A DNA stretch of 64,000 nucleotides from Octopus bimaculoides (lineage: Eukaryota), in NCBI RefSeq assembly GCF_001194135.2, contig NC_068995.1, positions 3,799,232 to 3,863,231 of the forward strand, written 5' to 3'. Below the pieces are notes generated by a model that saw only the letters and a program-made list of their open reading frames with translations, was not told the origin of the DNA and made no database searches. Shown here piece by piece: positions 11,988 to 24,377 of this stretch. The position numbers and the translations under genes were made by a program. The first letter of the stretch is position 1. Every line of letters begins with the position of its first letter.

Positions 11988-12633
11988 TTAACTTTACTAG
12001 CAACAAACCAATGACCATGATAGGTTTGTTCGTTGCACCTTATACAAGACTTTTACTCCTCACTTATCCTTTTCCACCGCAACTACGCCGGCCTCTGTTC
12101 GTCCATTCTTTCTGATTTCAAATTTGATACACCCACTCTGTATCCTTGATCACCCCTATTACCTCCACCCAGTCTCACAGTTACCACATGACCCAATAGG
12201 TTATCTCGTAGAATGTCAGCCTTTTTTCGTCTTTCTCGAGATTCTTTATTGGTTCGATGGATAACCAGAGGCAACGGGAATCACCGAATCCTTTACATCT
12301 AATAATTATCTTAACAACTCATTACGTTTCAGTCACCTGCAGCGTTAACTGGTTTAGAAACGCTAGGTCATCTCCTCCCCTAATTAAAACAATCAAGCTA
12401 TTTGTTTTATACACACGTGTGCATATACACACACGCATATATATATATATGTAAATATATATGTTCATATATATGTACACACATATACATGCATACGTAT
12501 ATATTACATATATACATATATATATAATATATATATATGAATATATAAATACACATATATATTTGTGTGTATATATATATATATTTATGTATGCACACAT
12601 ACATATATACATATATATGTATTTAAATATATG

Positions 12634-12666
<33 letters not shown>

Positions 12667-13081
12667 TACTCACACACACATATATATGTATATGTATATA
12701 TATGTAAATACACAAATGCATATATAAACACATACACGCACACATATATTTAAAACATCATGTATTTAAGACTTTATTTCTGTATCCTTTCTTCGTCATC
12801 GGTCGTTGCCTGACAGGCAAAAATCAATCATCACAATTAATCCAATACGCTAATCAACCAATAAAATATTTTGGTAATTTTTCTGTTTTTCAAGTGAGAA
12901 ATTAATTACAATCCAAAACGAATCATTTGAAAGATGGTTTGAATTGCAATCAGAGATTTGTATTTCTCCGCCTCGAATTTGTTTTGCGGTTAGGCAGAGA
13001 GGATTGAAATTTTATAGTTTATAGAGAAAAAGAAAAACCCATCAAAATTATCACTAACATCTTTATTAGTAGTAATAGTAG

Positions 13082-13113
<32 letters not shown>

Positions 13114-13159
13114 ACAACAATAATAATAATCATAACAACAACAACAACAACAATAATAA

Positions 13160-13270
13160 TAATGGTTTCAAATTTTGCCATTTTGGGGGAGAGGACGAGT
13201 CGATTACATCGACCCCAGTATTTCACTGGTACTTAATTTATCGACCCCGAAAGGATGAAAGGCAAAGTTT
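13160..13270 (-). mobile_element. SINE family A, 3' half
   Basis: gtcgattacatcgaccccagtatttcactggtacttaatttatcgaccccgaaaggatgaaaggcaaag. Confidence 0.88.
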
Positions 13271-13402
13271 AGTACACCTCCAGAAAACAATGTTATTAGG
13301 GACAGCTGGGTTACTTAGGAGGGTAGCCCAATGTGAAGAATTTGTCTCTAATCTGTTGTGTGTGTATGAATAATGATGGTGATGATCATGATGATCAAGA
13401 TG

Positions 13403-13454
<52 letters not shown>

Positions 13455-13456
<2 letters not shown>

Positions 13457-13665
13457 TTCTCAAATTTTGGGTCAAGGTCAGCAAATTCGAGGGTGGGGCG
13501 GATTATCTTGACCTCAGTGTTCCACTGGTACTTATTCTATCGACCCTCGAAAGGATGAAAGGGGAAGTCGACTTCGGGGGAAATTTGAACTTAAGTGAAG
13601 ATGAACGAAATGCAGCTAAGCTTTTTCTCCGGCGTTCTAACGTCTCTGCCAGCTCATCGCCTTAA
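13455..13665 (-). mobile_element. SINE family A, full length, with (AAT)n at its 3' end
   Basis: Reverse complement of family A from aaattttgggtcaagg to ctgccagctcatcgcctt. Confidence 0.9.
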
Positions 13666-13692
13666 CAACAACAACAACAACAACAACAGCAG

Positions 13693-13726
<34 letters not shown>

Positions 13727-14514
13727 GGCAATATTAGCAGTAGTTGTCTCTCTCTTCTATCACATCCTGCTCACGCTTGAAGTTCCCTGGTCCTACATCC
13801 CTTATCAGTTACAGTCAGTTTTTGTTTTTAACTGAGAGGACGTACCCATGATGCAATGCAGTGGGACAGCAACTAAAACCATGTGGTTGAGAAGTGATCT
13901 TTTAACCGCACCGCCGTACCTGACTCACACACACTTATATTCTACTCGCGCACCACATGTCTATATAATACTAATTAGGCTATTTTGACATCAATGATTC
14001 TATCACATTCTTCAAAAAATAAGAAATCTCACGTACATATCCAGTTACAAACAATGTGCACAAGTTTTAGAAATACGTTTAGAGTAAAGAGATATATTTC
14101 TTTGCATCACCCTTTCTTTTCCATTTATATGCTATCGGAAATGTCAAAACCAATTTCTCAAGAATACAGTAAATGTGTTATTTACAATAAGCAGCAAGCC
14201 AAACGGAAATGAATCTTAAGTCCAAGTTTGTTCTGAGAATTCTCTGAAGCATTGGAACACGTTTACTGCCATTAAATAATTCTCCATCACATGTTTGTCT
14301 GAAATCAGTTAAATCTTGAGTATGGTCACGTTTGGTTAAATATGATTTCTTTGATAATGGATGCAGGCATCTGGCGGTTAGGAGGCAGTGAAGACATTAA
14401 GAAATCTCTTTGAATTTCCGATAAGAATTTAAATATATTTATATATCACACACAGACATGCACACAAACGAGCGCATGCACACACAAGCACACACATACA
14501 CATGCCACCCCCAC

Positions 14515-14547
14515 AAACACACACACACACGCACGCATGCACGCACG

Positions 14548-14610
<63 letters not shown>
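14515..14610. repeat. (CA)n/(CACG)n microsatellite
   Basis: Direct reading. Confidence 0.97.
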
Positions 14611-14614
<4 letters not shown>

Positions 14615-15207
14615 TCCTTTGCATTTAAAACAGAAACGGTTTTCCGATTGTCAGAGCACAACATACTTGACGATTTGGGTAAACACAGTTTTTTAATAAA
14701 TTTGAACAAAATATATTTAACTTAATTTGTGTATCGCAATTACGTAATTATACATATGATTGTGTTTATCTTAATGAAACAGCTGTTGAGCAGCATGAAC
14801 TCTATGTGAAAGATATAATGTTTTGTTTTTCTGTGTTGTCCTTAAGTATTTTCTCCTTTTCTTAACAAAGCAAAAATGCATTCGATTCATATAAATGGAC
14901 AACGAAGCGTTCTGCTTTTGCCATTTTGATTTTGATTTTGTGTTGAGGAGTTCGATAAACGAACGAAAGGGCCAATAAAGAATTATATAGTCGGATCGAA
15001 CATTAAAAATAATAAAGAACGAAACAACAAAAGTACATAGACATGAAGTGTAGTATTAGCTTGATGCTCAGTAAAGGTGGAGAAAAGAGTAGGCTTTTAA
15101 CGCTTGGAGCTTAGTTCTTCGTTAGAAATAGGAGGAAGGAAAGGTCCAGGGAAGGGGAAAATCCTGGAAAAGCATATGTGGTTACATGGCTGTATATATA
15201 CATATAC

Positions 15208-15250
<43 letters not shown>

Positions 15251-17997
15251 CACATATACATGTATATATGTATGTGTGTGTGTGTATGTATGTACGTGTG
15301 TGTTTATGTATGCTTTTAAGTGCGCAAATAGATGTATGTAACAGCGTATAAAAATGAGGCAAATATAGCATTAAAACGGTTCTTTAATTCATTAGTTCAT
15401 TTCAAACATCGTTGCTAAGGCCATACTGGGGCACCTCCTGCAGATATTATATACTATATAAATTGACACCTTTTATCACAATATACTTCTGAAGCTGTGA
15501 TAGCGTGTAATGATATTTTGAGAGTAATGGAATAAGGTATCGACCATTTCCAAGAATAAGGAATATATAATGTGTCTATACTTTGTCCCTAGAGTTAATA
15601 CTAAAAGTACCTGGTTAGTTAGTTTGGTGCTGACGAGAGGCTGTTAACTTGGGAGTAGCTAGGACTGTTAAAAACAACAGCCAAATATACGTCGAATACC
15701 CTAAAATTGAAAAACGAAATGCAAGACACATCGTCTAGTGTAGTTTTGTATGTACTATAAATGAAATAAAAGCGGGTGGTCACGGATGGAGCATCGTTGA
15801 TTTTATGTCTGTCTGATCGGAGTGGGAGGATGGGGGGGGGGGCTGACGTGGAGTTAAAAAACAATAGCAACAGCGACAAAAATAAGCAGCAACACCACCA
15901 CCACCACCACCATCATCATCAACAGCAACTACAATAACAGCGACAACAACAATGATAAAGACAGTCACAAACCAACTAAGCAACAGTAACAACAACAACA
16001 AGCGTTAATTACCTCACAATTTGATGTTAATGGAAAAACTAAAAGTACAGGTTATAAGAAACATGATTGCAAAGTTGGCTTCATTTCCGTCTTCGTTTCG
16101 AACCAAAGGTCATGGAAATGTTTCCTGTATTCACTGGAAAGAACTAATGGCAGAGGCGCGGCCATTTTGTTCTACATTTCGCTTCGTAGTTACAGAATTT
16201 CAGTTTCAATCCCCGAAGCCAGAGCCATGTCAATGAAATATAACCAGAATCTTGTGAGCGAAATATAGACAGGAACTGTATCGGGCCCGAAGAATTGTTT
16301 CTGCTTTGGAATTGTTTGGGCGTTGGACCTTCAAACAGAAACGGTAGACATAATCATAAATCCATTTAATGACGCCAGACCACGTAGACCACACTTCAAC
16401 GTAAACCTCGCCCAGTTATCGTGTCCCCTCACTTGCCAAAGAATCCCAATAGAACAATGACTGTTCCGATCACCATTCTCCTATTAGCATCGGAAAGAGC
16501 TTTTCTTCTATGTTTTTATTTAACACAGATTCTCTTTGAAAATAACTTGTTTGAGAAAGCCTTCAAACGTATCAACTAAAGAATTTTAATAAAAACTTTT
16601 ACAATTTAACGCTGCAATAACTTGTTTACGTCTCTACATTCATCCATTGAAGCAAATATTTTCCGGGTTTTAATCTTTAGAATAACTTAAAATCACTTTA
16701 AATACACTTTGAATAATTATCATACGGCCCCTACCTAAACAGAAACTCAGCTCATTCTAGGTTTGTTTCCTAATATTGTAATTCTTGTAAATCAAAATAG
16801 TTATACAAAAGAAGACGAGCAGAAGCTTTGATCACATTGCGGTACAGCAATTCGTCTGCGTTTATAAATGGCTTCACTGAAGAAAACCAGATTAGGCCCT
16901 CACTGCACTTTAATATTACATGTACAAAACACACGTATTTAACGGTGGAATATCATAATGAATATTTATAATGAATGTGAGCATAATAGCAGAAAGATAG
17001 TTTTCGAGGATGGTACATTGCTATTAAGACCAGCTTTGCCAACAGAAAACACAATTTTCAAAGATAACTAAATGGAGAATCACAGGTGGTTTTAAACTTC
17101 AGAGTCGAATATGTGGCCGACAATGTACTTAGAGTGGCCGACATGGTGCGCAGAAGCATGAGAGTGTCACGAAGAACAAATCTGTGGGTCTCCTCTGATC
17201 ACTCGACCTGATTATCTGTGGGTCATGAAATTGTTCGATGACAAATGACCTGGGGTTTAACAACAAAACAAAAACAACACAAACAACAATAACAGCAACA
17301 ACAACAACAACAGCAAAGAATTTTTTGAACATGTGTTGAAGGATAATACCTCGTTACTGAACATATTATTGTATATGTGCATGTAGATGCGCATGTATGC
17401 GCACACATACACACTCGCACACATGCACACATAAATGTGTGCATGCATTCATGTGTATTTGTGTGCCAATAGCTGTCTGTGAGTATGTTTGTATACACAT
17501 GCAAAATAAACAGGATTACCCTTGTAAGAATCTTTTTTACATACATGCATGCATACATACATACATACATACAAAGATGGAGCCTTGTATCTTTGTTGGA
17601 AACGGGCTCCCTCCTCAGTGGAAGATTTATAATAAGTACAAAAATAGAAGAGAGACACATAATACATACATACATACATATGTATACACACATTCATGAA
17701 TACTCACGTATATATATATATTTATATGTGTGTACCTGTGTGTTTGTGTACATGTTTATGCATACTGATTTGTTGACTTGTGTCCGTCCAATATCAAAAA
17801 CGTAACTTAGACGTTCGAGAATCAGAAATCGATCAAATTAGAAACAGAAACAATGAGTGTTCAGAAATACACAATGTTCATAATTTCGTCGTCTGCTCTT
17901 ACATAAATTGACCTTCATCAAGACTTGTAAATAAAACTAATATTAATTTTTATTAATTAATTTTTATTCCACTTAACTTTGGTAATAGTAATAGTAG

Positions 17998-18115
17998 CAA
18001 GGGGCAAGCTGGCTGAACGGTTAGCACGCCGGGCAGAATGCTTAGCGGCTTTTCTGAGTTCAAACACTGCCGAGGTCATCCTTTCGGAGTCGATGAAACA
18101 AGTACCAGTTGAGCA
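17998..18115 (+). mobile_element. SINE family A with internal deletions, followed by (AAT)/(ATT)n to about 18248
   Basis: gcaagctggctgaacggttagcacgccgggcagaatgcttagcggc...ctgagttcaaacactgccgaggtcatcctttcggagtcgatgaaacaagtaccagttgagc. Confidence 0.85.
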
Positions 18116-18182
18116 TAATAATAATAATAATAATAATAATTATTATTATTATTATTATTACTACTATTATTATTATTATTAC

Positions 18183-18221
<39 letters not shown>

Positions 18222-19199
18222 TATTATTATTATCATTATTATTATTATGAACGTAGATTGCTTTTTGCTCTCTCTGTCTTCATGCTGCTGCTTTCTAAAA
18301 GTAGGTTTCTATTTGTTTGGAGGAATTGAGAATGTCAAACAAATAACACTACAACAAGCAACCTCTGATTTAGAGGCCAATGTGGGATTTTATTCGGCAC
18401 AACTGGGCATTTTTACTCTTTGATCTTCATCTTTATTGATTTAAAATTCGATATAATTACGATATTGTTGGAGGAGCCATCTTTTATTCGGTGGTCTTGT
18501 TCTAGAGGAAATTAGCTATATAAAATGCCAATTAATGTCAATTTCTAAAGCTTCGTGAATTATTTTATACCCGATATCGTATAATTAAGCTTATAAATAG
18601 CATATAACATAATATAAAATATTGTATTATTGTGTATATTATAATACACGTTTCGGGATTCGTGGAATATATAAGAAACAAAAAATCGTTGATGGATTAT
18701 TTTTTGGCAGTGTTCACTCCAAAGAATCCTATTAAAATATGATATTCGAATATCAAATTAGAATATGGTATTTCCAATACCAAACTGCAATATAATATTT
18801 TAGTAATAGTTCAGAATACTGAACTGCGATACTAGTTTTAAGAAGAAAGATTACTGGAAATTCTAGTAGCAGCAGCAACGGTATTACACGTAACTCGATT
18901 CAGACATTTTATCGGGAAAGTATTTATGATCAAAGTTGATATTAGTTACTTAACTAAAGTTAATCGTATTAACCGAATGGGTTAATGCAATTAATTTAAC
19001 TAATAGTAAGATTTGAAACAATTTACTTGAGTATAAGAACGCCATAGAATAGTATATATCTCTTGGTATCGAGTCTGACTTAAACATTCAATTCTCAGTT
19101 GAATTCACTTTTTAACCATTTATCTTTCTTTTCCAGTAATTGTACACCACTTCATAAAATTCTTGAGACAGAGGTGGGGAGTTAGTGAGTGAGTGAGTG

Positions 19200-19235
19200 T
19201 TTGTGTGTGTGTGTGTGCGTGTGTGAAAGAGAGAT

Positions 19236-19296
<61 letters not shown>
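19200..19296. repeat. (GT)n + (GA)n microsatellite
   Basis: Direct reading. Confidence 0.97.
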
Positions 19297-19300
<4 letters not shown>

Positions 19301-19880
19301 GCCAATCTAAGTTGCTCTCCGCATCCTACCCAGAGATGAATAATTTTTTCTGGTGCGGATATTCATTATTTTGGGATATAAGGGATCTCTATCTCATCTC
19401 GTTTAGTTTATTTCTTTCTAGCGTGGCGTTTCATTTCTGCCAAATCGATATGGATCGATATTTAAGTATCAGAAATATATTGAGATCGAGATAATCGATT
19501 GGGATATCATCGCCTTTGTACCTACGACGAAAAAAAATCGATATTTATGTGTTTTGGCAATCACAATCAGGGAAAGTTGATTATGAATGGCACATCGAAT
19601 TACTTATTGTTTACATCAACAGAAAAGTTCTCAGTTCATTTGCAGCTGAGAACAATTGCAAAGATAATCCCACGCAACATTCTGCTTGTTGAGATGATTA
19701 GCATCACAACTTCGAACATTTGTGGATATATTTAAAGCAATTCAACTACAACTACAGCAGAACGGGCAAATATGGAATAAATACCACAGAAAAAGAGATG
19801 TGTTAGTGATTTCTTCCGATATTTCATTGTCCCGTTGGTTTGTTCTGTCTTAATGAGAAAGGAATGTTTTGATGGAGTAA

Positions 19881-20465
19881 AGAACATTCATTATAAATAG
19901 ATATACGTTATAAATAGACATCCGTTGTTGAAACATATTCGTTATAAATTGACGTACGTTATAAGTAGACATTCGTTATAAGAACACATTCGTTATAAAC
20001 ATAAATTCATTAAGAATAGTCATTCGTTAGTAGACATTCGTTATAAGCAGACATTCGTTATAAGAAGACATTCGCTATAAGCAAATAACCTTTATAAGCA
20101 GACATTCATTATAAGAAGATATTCGTTATAAGCAGACATTGATTAAAAGGACATCTAATTTAAGTAGACGTTTGTTATAAGGAGACGGATATTGTCAGGA
20201 GACAGATGTTACAAACTTACTCTTTTTAACGTTATAAGTAAATATTTCTTACGAACAAAAATTTATTATAAACAGGCGTTCATTATAAAACATTATAAAC
20301 ACAGATTCGTTGTAAGTAGTTATATTTTATAAGCAAACATTCTTATTGGCACTCATTCATTATAAATAAGCAGTCGTGATAAGCTGACATTTGATATATA
20401 CAGATATTCGTTATAAACAAAAATTCGTTATAAGTAGACATTCGTTACAACCTGACATTCCTTAT
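19881..20465. repeat. Degenerate 17-bp minisatellite, about 34 copies (consensus GTTATAAGCAGACATTC)
   Basis: gttataagtagacattc gttataagaacacattc ... gttataagcagacattc gttataagaagacattc ...; contiguous units with no spacers. Confidence 0.92.
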
Positions 20466-21255
20466 GTTACTAGTGTAATTAGAGTCAACTAAATCGTGAT
20501 TACTTGATTATTTATATGGATAATGAAAAGGTTTTAGAAATACAAATCTTATTCAACTATTCTAAGTTGAATTTTGAATTTAAGTTTAGTACACTTTTAC
20601 GAAGAAAACTTAATTTGAAATACTTATTCGATACAGCATCGAGTTAGTTTCTTTTTTATGGAGTTACCACAAGATCAAATGTTTCCAGCTAGTCTTGTCG
20701 ATATTATAGCAAACTTCTACTATTTTACAGAAAGCTACCGGTACTACATTCTGTCTGCAGCTAGAACACTTAATTCTCAAGTAACTTATAAACTAGTCTC
20801 TCCAAATGTAGGTAGGTACTACTCGGAACCATAACTTACGGTTATTCCATAAAAATCAATAAATAATTTGGTAGTTTACAGTGTATTTTGTGTAAGTTAA
20901 TTTGGTGCATTTTAAACCAATTTAGCTTTCCTATGAACGGAACTGTTTCTAGCAGCTTGACATGCCTCAAAAGACCTACTTCTCAACGAAGCTTTTGCGA
21001 TGCCAATGCAAAACATTTTGGAGACACTTAAATGAATTTCAGTCAACAGCGTTTTGGAAAATGGATTTCAGATATAAAATCGTTAAATTTCCTTTCACCG
21101 ACACAAACTGTTTATGACAAATACGTCACATTCTATATTTTCATAAACTTCTATCAATACACGAATGGGAACGAATACTCTTTCAGGCCGATTAGTTGCT
21201 CTCATCGCATAAAACTGTGTACATGCTACACTATCTTCAATAGAATGGGTCACTT

Positions 21256-21400
21256 TAAGGCGGCGAACTGGCAGAAACGTTAGCACGCCGGGCGAAATGC
21301 TTAGCAGTATTTCGTGTCTTCACGTCATAAGTTCAAATTCCGCCAAGGTCGAATTTGCCTCCCAAATTTCGGGGCTTGTGCCTAGAGTAGAAAAGAATAT
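21256..21400 (+). mobile_element. SINE family A, low divergence, central part deleted
   Basis: aaggcggcgaactggcagaaacgttagcacgccgggcgaaatgcttagc...gtcgaatttgcct|cccaaatttcggggcttgtgcctagagtagaaaagaat. Confidence 0.9.
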
Positions 21401-21404
21401 TTAT

Positions 21405-21461
21405 AACTACCTTACTTTTCCATCGGTTTGGTTGGTTCTCCGATCGTCATCAGAGATATTA
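21405..21461 (-). ncRNA. Minimal type-I hammerhead ribozyme motif
   Basis: 5'-TAATATCT CTGATGA C(G)ATCGG-13 nt loop-CCGATG GAAA AG TA|AGGTAG. Core intact, stem II 6 bp with a bulge, stem I AGGTA/TATCT, GUA triplet. Confidence 0.6.
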
Positions 21462-21487
21462 GAAATGAATGAATGTAATTTCAGAGT

Positions 21488-21690
21488 AAGGTAGCGAGCT
21501 GGTAGATTCGTTAGCGTGTCGGACAAAATGACTAGCGGGATTTCTTCCGGTTCTTTATGCTCAGAAACCTATATTTCGCCGGCGTCAAATTTACCTTTCA
21601 TTCCCTTCATGGTACATAAAAATAAATTGTCAAGTATTGGGGTCGATGTAATTGGCTACTCCTATCCTCTCAGAGATTCCTAGCTTTCAA
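21488..21690 (+). mobile_element. SINE family A, diverged
   Basis: aaggtagcgagctggtagattcgttagcgtgtcggacaaaatg...tattggggtcgatgtaattggctact. Confidence 0.8.
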
Positions 21691-24007
21691 TCCTGCAACT
21701 GAGCGCTTAAATGGAATGTTGTGATCTCGGTCACGTATAGAACATGGAAAGAAGGTAAACAGCCTTATGAGTCCTAGGGCTAAAAAATATAAAATAATAA
21801 TTGGAACGTGAAGAGAAACGCCATTACTTATAATTTAAAAATATATAGGTTTATAGTTTGAATCTAGTCTGAGACTAGGAACACACTGAAAAAGAATCAG
21901 CCAACGGATGACTGTTGGAGATGAAGCTGGTGTTCACGTACTGTGGATATAAATATTGTAAATATTCTCTTTAATGATAAGGTAAATGGAATGAAAAATG
22001 AAACGGTAACGTTGATATGTAAAAACAACCCTTTTAATAGCGTAGTTGACTAACTTCCAGTACTTCAAAAATAGCATTAACTATAATAAACCTGGGCATT
22101 TTCATCCCTATAATACTTTGAAGATTTTATCACATCACTGAGTCGCTGCTTCCTTTAGAAAATTACTTAAAACGGTTCATCAATAATCTAAAACCTCTTT
22201 TTTCGTATCTAATTGAATCTTGAAGCCGATTAAATGTTGAGATACTTGGTAAATATAGTTTAACTGTAATGAGGAGCGGAGAAAGAGTAGAAAGTGTTAA
22301 GGGAGGGGTCATTGCATTTTTTACTAACCATCAGAGTGCCACTCAAATATAGAACTTAAAAAAGAAACAAACAAAAATAAAATAAAAAACGCAAATGTCA
22401 GACACATTGGAGCGACATGACGCTTTCCCACGCCAGAAATGACTCTTTACAGCCTTTCATTCGGCACATCCTATTATCCATTGAAGTCAAATGATGTTAT
22501 CGGAAACTTTCGATCAACAGTTGTTTGCATCATCAATATTCAGCTCAATAAAGTATTGATAAAATTCATTCGAATAATATTTGTTTTATCGATTTTCTTA
22601 ACCCAAAAGTCAAAGATTATTTTTTTTTAGCTGAACGTATAAAGCAAAGCTTGGAATTTTTTTTGTTTTGTTTTAGAGTCTTCATTTACTGCTAAATGTT
22701 CACCAATTTTCAATAGAAATATGGTGACTCTGTACTATTCCTTTTACTGAATATACCTTCCATACTTATCTATGGCCTTTTAGCTATTTCATATGTCTAT
22801 GGAGGACTCGTATTGTAAAATATTATATGCTAATAATTTTCGTTATATTTTTGGTCATGTGGTGTTTATGGTGCTAAATTAAGATCTCAGTCAATAGAGT
22901 TTCGATTTTCAGTTGGAAGGGTTCCTCTGTAATTATGTTGCTAATGAACCTGGCTAAGACTGTCATAACTAACAATCCCCATCCTTTCAACAGTCAATTT
23001 GGGGCCAATGGACTTAAAGGGAAAATAAATCAAATAAATTATGAAATTGTGGGAGAGTCATTAGAACGTCAGATGAAATGCCTTGTGGTATTTATTCCAT
23101 ATTTCAGCGGTACGAGTTGAAATCTCACCGAGGTCAATTTTGAGGTTGATGCTTTCGATATTGATAAATAAATTACTGATCCAGAGCAGCGTGGATGGGT
23201 GAATATTTGATCGTCAGACAAGATATGCAGCAGCATGTGTTTCATCTTTGTTCTTTTGCGTTCTGAGTTCGAAATTTGCTTAGGAACTCAAGTCTTACTC
23301 TTTGGTAAGTCATTAATCCATTATACACCGAGAGATATCGATGTAGACAGTAACGATAGACTGTGACACAAGTATCTCTCTACATCAGACAGACCTCTCC
23401 CTCTCTCTCTCAAAAAAAGGAAAAGGTGTAATTAAAACAGAGATTTTGAAGACCTAGCACGACGGTAGAAATCGAACTCACGTCACATTCTCAATATCAA
23501 TAAACCTCAATAACGAATAGCCCCAAGTTATCAGAAATGTTGAGACGATCCTCTGCAACGAGGAATTTTACTGACGGTGTTAACTTATGGGATGGAAATA
23601 CGAAAAATTTTACTTCATACTGACTAAAATCACCTTAAAATAAGAATCATTGAAATAATGTCTTCTTTTTCTCACCGCGTAATCAATTAGAGTTTTTTCC
23701 CCTCTCACCATTACGTAAAATAGTCCCCGCTTGACTGTTATTCATCGTAAAAATTGGACCGATGGCCGGTTATTTCCTTTTTAGCTGTTTCCTATTTCAA
23801 GACACACTGGAGCCGATTTTTACATTTGATTCTTTGATAAGTAACTCCATAAGTATTTATTAATATACACTGTTATTAATTCTTTAAAATATTTACTTCG
23901 CTTCTGTTTTACGTTTAGCCATATTATTATTAAACCTTGGGAGAGGCATTATGCCGGTAATAAACACACGCACTGGTTCAGTCCTTTATTAATATATATA
24001 GTTTTTT

Positions 24008-24048
24008 GTTAAATTATTTCATTGCACTCTTGCAATCTCTTCAGTAAC
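24008..24048 (-). ncRNA. Minimal type-I hammerhead ribozyme motif (best preserved) in a Penelope-like pLTR relic
   Basis: 5'-GTTA CTGAAGA G ATTGCA-AGAG-TGCAAT GAAA T A AT T|TAAC. All core nucleotides present, perfect 6-bp stem II, 4-bp stem I, near-palindromic stem III (ATAAT); AATAAA about 17 nt downstream. Confidence 0.7.
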
Positions 24049-24077
24049 TTGTCTCTCCACTTCCATTTATTTTGAAT

Positions 24078-24133
<56 letters not shown>

Positions 24134-24135
24134 TT
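24078..24135. repeat. (TAT)n microsatellite (tail or target of the adjacent retrotransposon)
   Basis: Direct reading. Confidence 0.97.
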
Positions 24136-24377
24136 ATGTTTGACTTTTGTTTTGCATTTGTACAAGTTGGATCCAAGTCTCACCCAGAGACCTCAAGAGA
24201 CAACAAGTTAGAAGTTCATGTAGGTGTTATGCCTAGGGTACCATATATTTGGATTTGTACAGTTTTGTTCAAGTGAATGTTTAAGAAACCATAAGAAAAT
24301 TATGTTTGCTTTAAAATTTGAGATCACATAGACAGTATTTTACGTAGGATATGGGCAGTTCCCATGAGCACTATCTT
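24136..24377 (-). mobile_element. 5'-truncated 3' end of an RLE-type (R4/Dong-like) non-LTR retrotransposon, second family
   Basis: Minus-strand KIVLMGTAHILRKILSM* (24377-24324) matches the QK.VL.GTA.ILRK.L C-terminus of RLE-bearing non-LTR ORFs; about 190-nt 3' UTR, then (TAA)n; the 5' side also abuts (TAA)n. Confidence 0.8.

Noticed and set aside
16432-16476. Tetraspanin-like TM peptide MVIGTVIVLLGFFG followed by GTGAGG on the minus strand
   Set aside because: There is no credible acceptor upstream, the conserved GCCG motif is absent, and no other tetraspanin exons were found.
19459-19475. Exact 17-mer TATTTAAGTATCAGAAA repeated at 52518-52534
   Set aside because: About one such match is expected by chance in 64 kb of AT-rich DNA, and the flanks are unrelated.
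19881-20465. CRISPR-like array (also the 18-bp repeat at 59384 and the 22-bp repeat at 11761)
   Set aside because: Units are contiguous with no unique spacers, there are no cas genes, and the context is eukaryotic. These are minisatellites.
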